A stretch of DNA of 63,779 bases, counting the filler, from Psammoneis japonica (taxonomy: Eukaryota), in the NCBI GenBank assembly GCA_008632985.1. It is 4 parts of 4 records of this genome, joined end to end, with 100 filler letters (N's around TTAATTAATTAA, not from the genome) between each part and the next. Parts side by side here need not be neighbours in the genome. Positions count along the whole stretch, not along the records: positions 52,015 to 63,779 come from QPGO01000514.1; 3 more parts are not named here. One strand, given 5' to 3'. Positions 54,351-63,779 of this stretch are shown piece by piece. The notes below the pieces were generated by a model. It made no database searches, was not told the origin of the DNA, and was given only the letters and a program-made list of their open reading frames with translations. Made by a program: the position numbers and the translations under genes. Numbering within the stretch: position 1 is the stretch's first letter; every line of letters starts with the position of its first letter.

Positions 54351-55415
54351 AAGGCTGTAAGACTGAAGAACAGCCATGCAAACTGGCTGCTGGATGTTGG
54401 CGTGTTTTTGTCCAACAGCTGTCTCCACTGCAAGCTGCAACAGAAGAGACAAAGTGAGTGCTCCAAAAGATTGCGGCTTGCAAGGAGAAAGCAGATTCAA
54501 GTGTCAAGACCATTCAAGTGCCGGCCAATCCTCAAGACAATCCGAAGACATGCAAACATTGGATGACAGCAGATGCTCTGGAGGATGTGGCAGCAGCGCT
54601 TCAGACATGGGGTCAATGTCATTTTGGACAGGCCAAAGGTGCGCCTCCTGCTGTCCCTCCCCTGTCCATGGACTTGGGGCATGAAGGGAACACCGTCATG
54701 GCAGAGCTGATGTTGGATGGGGAACATGACACCTGTCAATTGAAACTTGCTGCCTCGTTGCTTGTCCAGCATCTCCGTCAAGGCACACCTCCAGCTGTGA
54801 GCAATTCTTTGTCTTCTGCCACTTTGTCATCCAAATTGAAGACATGGCCTGAATCAACATCTGCCTTGCTGAAATCAGGACCACATCTTGGCCCTTGGAA
54901 GGCTCTGAATGCCCCTCATTCACACTCCAAAGATCAAGTTGCTCAAGGAAATCCAACTCCAAAGAAACTGCACCTGGGGCAGGCACGGCAAACCTCATTG
55001 CAACACTGCTTCACCTTGTTGACTGTGCTTTGAAGTGGGGATGCTTGCGCGACCATTGGAGAGACATTGTCAATGTGATGATCTTCAAAGAACCAGGGAA
55101 CAACAAAGTCCATCAACTGTGGGTCTCACACATGTGCAAAGCAGACCATCAAATCATTGTGAGTGTGAAATGGCAAGAATTGGCACAGCAAATGGAGCAC
55201 CACTGGATGTGCAATCCCGGCATCAGTGGATGCCACTCATTCCTTTCTGCCCAGACTCCCGTGTTTCTTGAGAACTTGATGTCAGAAATGTCATGAGCTT
55301 CTTGAAAGACGATGCTGATGGGCAATGATGATTGCACCTCTTGCTTTGACAGAAACGTTCCTGACTTTGCTCTTGGACTGACGGCATGCACTCGCAAGTT
55401 GTTGAAGTTGACATG
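54350..55415 (+). pseudogene. Non-LTR retrotransposon RT-upstream relic; duplicated at ~59895-60960
   Basis: 'HFGQAKG.P', 'TWPESTS...SG.HLG.WKAL' and 'W..IVNVMIFKEPGN.K.HQL.V.HMCKADH' resemble diatom LINE-type RT N-terminal motifs. Confidence 0.6.
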
Positions 55416-55418
55416 AAA

Positions 55419-56899
55419 CAGCACGTTTGTTTTCCTTGAAACCGCTGGTTGCTTGTTTGTTTTCCTAAAAAACCATGTTTGTTTTCCTTGAAATGTTTGT
55501 TTTCTTTGAAACAACATGTTTGTTTTCCATTTGTTTTCCTTGAAACAACACGTTTGTTTTCCTTGAAACAACGGGTTTGTTTTCCTTGAAACAACACATT
55601 TGTTTTCCTTGAAACAACGCGTTTCTTTTCCTTGAAACAATGTGTTTGTTTTCCTTGAAACGGCTGGTCATTTTCTTTGAAACTTTTCTTGAAACAACTT
55701 GTTTGTTTTCCTTGAAACCGCTGGTCGTTTTTCTTGAAACAACACGTTGGTTTTCCTTGAAACAACACGTTGGTTTTTCTTGAAACAACACACTTGTTTT
55801 CCTTGAAACAACTTGTTTGTTTTCCTTGAAACAACATGACAGTTTTCCTCAAAACAACATGACAGTTTTTCTTTGAAACATTGCCTTGAAACAACACATT
55901 CGTTTTCCTTGAAACAACATGCTGGTTTTCCTTGAAACAACACGTTGGTTTTCCTTGAAACAACACGCTCGTTTTCCTTGAAAGAACACGCTCGTTTTCC
56001 TTGAAAGAACACATTTGCTTTCCTTGAAACAATTTGTCTGTTGTCCTTGAAACAACATGTTTGTTTTTCTTGGAACAACACATTTGTTTTCCTTGAAGTG
56101 ATGTGCATGTTTTTCTTGAAACAACACGTTTTTTCCCTTGAAATGACACGCATGTTTTCCTTGAAACAACACGTTTGTTTTCTTTGAAACAACACATTTG
56201 TTTTCTTTGAAACAACACATTTGTTTTCCCCAAAAAAACTTTTTTTGCCTTGAAATGACACGTTTGTTTTCCTTGAAACAACACGTTTGTTTTCCTTGAA
56301 ACTGCGCGTTTGTTTTCCTTGAAATGACACGTTTGTTTTCCTTGAAATGACGTGTTTGTTTTCCTTGACACGACATTTTTGTTTTCCTTGAAATGACACG
56401 TTTGTTTTTCTTGAAAAGACGTGTTTGTTTTTCTCAAAAAGACGTGCTTGTTTTTCTCAAAAAAAAATTTTGTTTTCCTTGAAACAACATGTTTGTTTTC
56501 CTTGAAACGTGTTTGTTTTCCTTGAAATGACGTGTTTGTTTTCCTTGAAAAGACATGGTTGTTTTCCTTGAAAAGACATGTTTGTTTTTCTTAAAATAAA
56601 ATGTCTGTTTCCTTGAAGCGACACGTTTGTTTTCCTTGAAATGACATGTTTGTTTTCCTTGAAACGACATGTTTGTTTTCCTTGAAACGACATGTTTGTT
56701 TTCTTTGAAAAGACATGTTTTTTTTTTCTTGAAACGACATGTTTGTTTTCCTTGAAACAACATGTTTTTTTCCTTGAAACGAACATGTTGGTTTTCCTTG
56801 AAACAACGTGTTTGTTTTCCTTGAAATGATGTGCTTGTTTTCCTTGAAAAAAACATGTTTGTTTTCCACGAAAAGACATGTTTGTTTTCCTTGAAAAGA
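55419..56899 (-). repeat. 23-bp tandem array, inverted orientation
   Basis: (GTTTGTTTTCCTTGAAACAACAC)n, the reverse complement of the 52835 array. Confidence 0.95.
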
Positions 56900-58400
56900 T
56901 GTGTGGGCAGGCGGAAGGATTGGCTGCTGCCACCACCCACAAGAACCGTGCCCATGCACAGATTGCCGTCGCGAAGTGAACCGGATGGGGTCATTTTACT
57001 TTCGACCAGTGCGCTCAATGCCATCAGAAGGCTTGCAATGACTTGTCTGAGCTTGATGAGCCGGTGGCTGAGACCAAGAAGGTCTCTGACTTTCTCAAGG
57101 GTGTCTCTGACCCTGAGTTGGAGACTGGTGAAGGTGCAGTGGATGGAGATCCAACGAAGTCAGCAGATTTCAAAGCATGCCAGCAGCATGTGAAGACTCT
57201 GGTGGAGAATGCCAAGAACCGCAATGCTGATGCTCACGGAGTCGCGTCTGTCCAACACTGCAACAACCGGCATGGAACCCCTGGCAGCAAGCACCAACCT
57301 TAAAAAGGACAAGCCCAGGATCCGGGCAGGCTGTTGCCCCATTGGAGAGTGGAGTGCTCTTGACGGTCCTGAGCAAGAGCAAGTTGAGAAGCTCCGCGAG
57401 GCCAAGAAAACCAGCGAGAAATGCAAAGCAGCAGCTGCATCCTCGGATGCTGAGCTGGTTGACACCGACACTCGCGCTGTGAAAAAGGTGGCTGTTGCTG
57501 AGCCTCAACCACCTGCCAATGAACAAAAGAACTCCAAAGAGTTAGATGAGCTGCCTGCTGCCAACGCAGGCACGCAGCTTGGACGCAGCACCCATGAGAA
57601 ACCTCAGAAGGAGGAATGGGCAGTTGTGCCAGCACCAAAAGGTGCAGATCCACCTGTCGCTGCACCTGCTGGCACTGTGCATTCATCTCCGGGTGATCCC
57701 TGGAGGACACACATGTCTCTTTGTCATGTGCTGGACATTCAGATGGTGAAGCAACCAACGACTTGGACTTGCATGCTGATGCATGTGCTGTTGGGTCCAA
57801 TTTTGTCATGTGCTCTGATGTCGACTGCACTGTTGCAGCACATCCTTGCTCCAAAGAGTGTGCGCCAATGAGGGGTGCTCCCATTTGCACAGCTGCTGCC
57901 ATGTGGGTTGATCCAACCAATGGACAGCCACACCTGCTGACAGCCCATGAGGCTGTGTTTTTTGGGGACAGAATGACTGACACCCTGCTGTGCCCCAATC
58001 AACTGCGAGCGAATGGACTGACTGTCCATGACACCCCTTGCCAGTTTGACCCCAACAGCACACACTCTGTTGTTTTCCCTGACTCAAAAATCAGGGTGCC
58101 TTTGCACATGCGAGGTGTTGTTTTGGTCTTTGACTCACATGAGCCGACTCAGAAAATCCAGAGAACCTCCCCTGGCTGGAACTCACATCACCCCCCAGAT
58201 GGGAACCTTGTGTTGATGCCATGGTGCAAAAGGAGGAAGAGTGCACATGTGCCAGTGTGTGCCAATGACAAGCGAAGTCAGATGGACAGTTGACAATGAT
58301 GAATGCAACCAGGTGTGTCGCTTCAGCTCATTTGTGTCAGACGTCCCATCACAATGAGAGGGTCATTGTGGAAGCCAATGATGACAAGCCGCTTGGTTGC
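56900..58400 (+). pseudogene. Copia gag-protease relic (the protease part duplicates 52015-52830)
   Basis: 'ELDEPVAETKKVSDFLKGVSDPEL' is gag-like; followed by DLDLHADAC. Confidence 0.7.
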
Positions 58401-58401
58401 T

Positions 58402-59245
58402 CATGTCGTTTCAAGGAAAACAAACATGTCGTTTCGAGGAAAACAAACACGTCGTTTCAAGGAAAACAAACATGTTGTTTCAAGGAAAACAAACGTGTTG
58501 TTTCAAGGAAAAAAACAAGTCTTTTCAAGGAAAACAAACATGTTGTTTCAAGGAAGGAAAACAAACAAGTTCTTTCAAGGAAAACAAACATGTCTTTTTG
58601 ATGAAAACAAACATGTCTTTTCAAGGAAAACAAGCGTGTCTTTTCAAGGAACACAAACATGTTGTTTCAAGGAAAACAAATGAGTCGTTGCAAGGAAAAC
58701 AAAAAAGTTGTTGCAAAGAAAACAAAAAAGTTGTTGCAAGGAAAACAAACATGTCATTTCAAGGAAAACAAACATGCTGTTTCAAGGAAAACAAACATGT
58801 TGTTTCAAGGAAAATGATCATGTTGTTTCAAGGAAAACAAACATGTCATTTCAAGGAAAACAAACAAACACATCTTTTTGACGAAAAAAAACATGTCTTT
58901 TCAAGGAAAACAAACACGTCTTTTCAAGGAACACAAACATGTTGTTTCAAGGAAAACAAATGAGTTGTTGCAAGAAAAACAAACAAGTTGCAAGGAAAAC
59001 AAAAAGTTGTTGCAAAGAAAACAAACATGTCTTTTCAAGTTGCAAGGAAAACAAAAAAGTTGTTGCAAGGAAAACAAACATTTCTTTTCAAGGAAAACAA
59101 ACATGTCATTTCAAGGAAAACAAACGTGTTGTTTCAAGGAAAACAAATGTGTTCTTTCAAGGAAAACAAATGTGTTCTTTCAAGGAAAACAAACGTGTTC
59201 TTTCAAGGAAAACAAACAAGTGTCGTTTCAAGGAAAACAAACACG
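58402..59245 (+). repeat. 23-bp tandem array
   Basis: Duplicate of 52835-53700. Confidence 0.95.
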
Positions 59246-60963
59246 CAAAAAGAAAAAAAGAGAAAATCTGCTGGCAGTGCTGCCAGCAAAACATGTTGCT
59301 CACAATGCCTCTGGCACAAAGAGCACATTTCCATGATGCTGTGTTGCTGAGATTGGCGCCGTGTTGTGCTTGCAGCCTGCTCTTGGTTTGCTTGGAGAGG
59401 GAAGGCAGATGCAATGTTCCCAACGAATGTGCTGGGGATGGCTTTGCTCTTGGAATTTGGCTGGACAACCAATGGCCACAAAACACAAGCTCGGCAAGCT
59501 CAACATTGAAAAAGAAGAAAAACTTGAGGAGGCTGGTGTTGAGCGGGACTTGTGGGAAAATCAATGGGGCACAATGCCCTCTCTTCTCAAGCAATTCACA
59601 AAATGGGAGAGACATTGCAACATGCCAAGGGGCCACAACGAGGATGGGGAGAACCTTGGAAAATGGTCAAGCAACCAACAGGGTGCCACAAGGAAAAGGA
59701 AATTTGACACTTCTCTGCAGGAATGACTGAAGAAGGCCAGAGCCAAGTGGGACATTTGGGCTGAGCATTGGGAGACTGTGTTTTCTCTTCTCAAACAGTT
59801 TGTGGTGCTCAAGGGAAGCTGCAAAGTGCCCCGGTGTCACAATGAAAATAGAGAGAGACTTGGACATTTGGCTGGACACGCAAAAGCAAGCATGGAAGGC
59901 TGCAAGACTGAAGAACAGCCACGCAAACTGGCTGCTGGATGTTGGCATGTTTTTGTCCAACAGCTGTCTCCACTGCAAGCTGCGACAGAAGAGACAAAGT
60001 GAGTGCTCCGAAAGATTGCGGCTTGCAAGGAGAAAGCAGATTCAAGTGTCAAGACCATTCAAGTGCCGGCCAATCCTCAAGACAATCCGAAGACATGCAA
60101 ACATTGGATGACAGCAGATGCTCCAGAGGATGTGGCAGCAGCACTTCAGACATGGAGTCAATGTCATTTTGGACAGGCCAAAGGTGCGCCTCCTGCTGTC
60201 CCTCCCCTGTCCGTGGACTTGGGGCATGAAGGGAACACCGTCATGGCAGAGCTGATGTTGGATGGGGAGCATGACACCTGTCAATTGAAACTTGCTGCCT
60301 TGTTGCTTGTCCAGCACCTCTGTCAAGGCACACCTCCAGCTGTGAGCAAATCTTTGTCTTCTGCCACTTTGTCATCTAAATTGAAGACATGGCCTGAATC
60401 AACGTCTGCCTTGCTGAAATCAGGGCCACATCTTGGCCCTTGGAAGGCTCTGAATGCCCCTCATTCACACTCCAAAGATCAAGTTGCTCAAGGAAATCCA
60501 ACTCCAAAGAAGCTGCACCTGGGACAGGCACGGCAAACCTCGTTGCAACACTGCTTCACCTTGTTGACTGTGCTTTGAAGTGGGGATGCTCGCGTGACCA
60601 CTGGAAAGACATTGTCAATGTGGTGGTCTTCAAAGAACCAGAGAACAACAAAATCCATCAACTGTGGGTCACACACATGTGCAAAGCAGACCATCAAATC
60701 ATTGCGAGTGTGAAATGGCAAGAATTGGCGCAGCAAATGGAGTGCCGCTGGATGTGCAATCCCGGCATCAGTGGATGCCACTCATTCCTTTCTGCCCAGA
60801 CTCCCGTGTTTCTTGAGAACTTGATGTCAGAAATGTCGTGAGCTTCTTGAAAGACGATGCTGATGAGCAATGATGATTGCACCTCTTGCTTTGACAGAAA
60901 CGTTCCTGACTTCGCTCTTGGACCGACGGCATGCACTCGCAAGTTGTTGAAGTTGACATGAAA

Positions 60964-62435
60964 CAGCACGTTTGTTTTCCTTGAAACCGCTGGTTGCTTG
61001 TTTGTTTTCCTAAAAAACCATGTTTGTTTTCCTTGAAATGTTTGTTTTCTTTGAAACAACATGTTTGTTTTCCGTTTGTTTTCCTTGAAACAACACGTTT
61101 GTTTTCCTTGAAACAACGGGTTTGTTTTCCTTGAAACAACACGTTTGTTTTCCTTGAAACAACGCGTTTCTTTTCCTTGAAACAATGTGTTTGTTTTCCT
61201 TGAAATGGCTGGTCATTTTCTTTGAAACTTTTCTTGAAACAACTTGTTTGTTTTCCTTGAAACCGCTGGTCGTTTTTCTTGAAACAACACATTGGTTTTC
61301 CTTGAAACAACACGTTGGTTTTTCTTGAAACAACGCGCTTGTTTTCCTTGAAACAACTTGTTTGTTTTCCTCAAAACAACATGACAGTTTTCCTTGAAAC
61401 ATTGCCTTGAAACAACACATTCATTTTCCTTGTGCAGCATGCATGCAGACAAAAGGTTGTTTTTGTCACGCCCTTTGTGACATTTGAAGGCTGCGACACG
61501 TCGCCGTGACACATTGACTCTTGTCAGCAGCTGTGCATTGCACTCCTCCCCATGTGTCACGCGTCCATGCGGCTCTTTGCTGACGTGCACTGACACTGCA
61601 CGGTTTTGGCAGAACAGTGTGGGTGCGTGTGAAGGAACATGCAGAACTGCGCAGAGTTTTGCGCGTTTGACAGTGATCAACGTTGCTGCAGACAACTCCT
61701 GCTCAGGGTTTCGAACCCCTGGCCTCCTGCCTGATGGTTGTGAGATGAACCACTCCGCTGTGAGTTCATGGTGCAGCATGCATGCAGACAAAAGGTTGTT
61801 TTTGTCATGCCCTTTGTGACATTTAAAGGCTGCAACATGTCGCCGTGATGCGTTGACTCTTGTTGGCAGCTGCACATTGCACTTGAAACAACATGTTGGT
61901 TTTCCTTGAAACAACACGCTGGTTTTCCTTGAAACAACACGCTCATTTTCCTTGAAAGAACACACTTGCTTTCCTTGAAACAACTTGTCTGTTGTCCTTG
62001 GAACAACATGTTTGTTTTTCTTGGAACAACACGTTTGTTTTCCTTGAAGTGATGTGCATGTTTTTCTTGAAACAACACGTTTTTTCCCTTGAAATGACAC
62101 GCATGTTTTCCTTGAAACAACACATTTGTTTTCTTTGAAATGACACATTTGTTTTCTTTGAAACAACACGTTTGTTTTCCCCAAAAAAACTTTTTTTGCC
62201 CCAAAATGACACGTTTGTTTTCCTTGAAACAACACGTTTGTTTTCCTCGAAACTGCACGTTTGTTTTCCTTGAAATGACACGTTTGTTTTCCTTGAAATG
62301 ACACGTTTGTTTTCCTTGACACGACACGTTTGTTTTCCTTGAAACAACACAATTGTTTTCCTTGAAACAGCTGGTCATTTTCCTTGAAACAACTTGTTTG
62401 TTCTCCTTGAAACCACTGGTTGTTGTCCTTGAAGC
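60964..62435 (-). repeat. 23-bp tandem array, inverted, interrupted by the TRIM
   Basis: Duplicate of the array starting at 55419. Confidence 0.93.
61433..61881 (-). mobile_element. 449-bp TRIM-like mini LTR element with internal tRNA-like A/B boxes
   Basis: 110-bp terminal direct repeats (61433-61542 and 61772-61881) with TG..CA ends; 4-bp TSD CTTG; minus-strand PPT GGGGAGGAG (61543-61551); empty site in the paralogous array at ~55908. Confidence 0.88.
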
Positions 62436-63034
62436 AACATCCGCGGATGTCAAAACAGTCTTCAGCACTGCAGGACCTTGGGGATTGGAGCATGTGGCAA
62501 TTCCACAGCTGATGATTTTTGGGAAGGGGAGCCGCCACATGACTGGGGCTGAATCGCATTGTTGACATCTGCGGCAGCTGCTGAAGTGGAGCTTGGCAGC
62601 TCAAGGAGTGGCGGCACTTGTTGGAAGAAGAATGCCGCTGGCACCGTGTCCGGAGGCATCTTGACAACCAGCAGTGGTTGGCTTGAGTGGGGCTGGTTCC
62701 TGCGTGCAAACAGGTTGGGTGTCGAGGGTGGACTCTGGATCTTGAAAATCGTCTGATGCCAAGCGAGCATCGGCAGATGTTTGGACCCTGGAGTCCAGCG
62801 CAGAGCATGTCGGAGATTTTCTTGGAGTGCTGAGACAAGGCCCCAGGATCCGGGCATGGCCAGGCTCAAGGAGCGCAGCTCTCCCAGAAGCTTTTGATGA
62901 TCGGCAACGGCAGACGGGCTCCAGCCCCAGGTGAGACTCTGTGTGACATTGGGCCCGCAGAATTCTGCGTGCGATCTCTGCAGCAAATTTTTCAAGTGAT
63001 GAAAGCATGAATGATTGCCAACAGAAAAAAAGGC

Positions 63035-63378
63035 AATTTGTTTGTTTTCCTTGAAACAACTTGTTTGTGCTCCTGAAAAAAAACGTGTTTGTTTTCCCTG
63101 AAACAACGTGATTGTTTTTCTTGGAACACCGCCATTGTTTTCTTTGAAACAACTTGTTTGTTTTCCTTGAAACTGCTGGTCTTTTTTCTTCAAACAACTT
63201 GTTTGTTTTCCTTGAAATGACATGTTTGTTTTCCTTGAAACAACACATTCGTTTTCCTTGAAACAACACGTTTGTTTTCCTTGAAACAACTTGTTTGTTT
63301 TCTTTGAAATGACATGTTTCTTTTCTTTGAAACAAAATGTTTGTTTTCTTTGAAACAACATGTTTGTTTTCCTTGAAA
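63035..63378 (-). repeat. 23-bp tandem array, inverted orientation
   Basis: Same unit as the other arrays. Confidence 0.92.
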
Positions 63379-63470
63379 AAATGCGTTTGTGACGCGTTCC
63401 AGGTCCAGGTGGGACCTCGTGCTGCTGAGCTGTGACATCGACAGTTTTTTGAATCACGTCGCATGTCGCG

Positions 63471-63779
63471 CACGTAGATTTCTACGTGACATTTTTGATG
63501 TTTTGTGTCATTTTACGGTGCACTCATTGAGCGATCCGTCCAACAAATTTTGACTTTTTTTGTCACAGCACAATTCCACAATGTCTTAAGAATCGCACAG
63601 GGCAGGTGCACCTGCAAAAACGTCGAGTGGTGAGAGGCACAATTGCACCACAAACTTGGCCGTTTGTTTGATGTTGAAGACAAATGTGCCCAACAATCAA
63701 ATTCTTGCACCACGGAGCTCGCACGCAGAATTCTGCGGGCCCAATGTCACACGGAGTCCCACCTGAGGCTGGAACGCAT
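63471..63779 (+). repeat. Dispersed repeat or element end homologous to 26858-27172; partial inverted copies at 62913-62978 and ~63390-63417
   Basis: Shared hairpin and GGGCCCAATGTCACAC..TCCCACCTG motif. Confidence 0.7.

Larger units (their letters stand above)
52015..62345 (+). repeat. Tandem segmental duplication, initial offset 5580 bp (52015-~56385 vs 57595-~62345)
   Basis: Near-identical paired ORF translations (e.g. 53394/58939, 54458/60003, 54895/60440). Copy 2 carries an extra TRIM. Confidence 0.92.

Noticed and set aside
52835..63378. 23-bp repeat arrays as a CRISPR array
   Set aside because: Units are head-to-tail with no unique 25-45 bp spacers, there are no cas genes, and the context is eukaryotic.
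52711..63473. Long KENK/FQGK/SRKT repeat ORFs (up to 541 aa) as real proteins
   Set aside because: They are translations of a stop-free 23-bp satellite open in all three frames.

Overview
Eukaryotic nuclear DNA, most likely a diatom (inferred from CoDi-style Ty1/copia elements, helicase-associated repeats and compact genes with short GT-AG introns). Four segments are joined by artificial 100-bp gaps carrying a TTAATTAATTAA linker. A ~15 kb gene island (34.9-49.6 kb) holds a GT60 GlcNAc-transferase, a TEY MAP kinase, a GT27-like/GT31 fusion glycosyltransferase, a membrane protein, an MFS transporter and a truncated kinase. It sits between transposon-derived regions. These contain a full-length copia (5444-12547; 276-bp LTRs, CTTTT TSD) nested in an older copia, further decayed copia copies, two Plavaka/CACTA-like transposase relics, a TTAA MITE, a tRNA-box-bearing TRIM, inverted 23-bp satellite arrays and a ~5.6 kb tandem duplication. 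The main observation is a repeat-restricted, strand-symmetric hypermutation that converts TpA to TpG/CpA (A:T to G:C), on top of CpG decay. It turns conserved Tyr into Cys/His, erases TAA/TAG stops, scales with element age and spares host genes. This looks like a RIP-like genome-defence process running opposite in direction to fungal RIP. All counts were made by eye and need computational confirmation.
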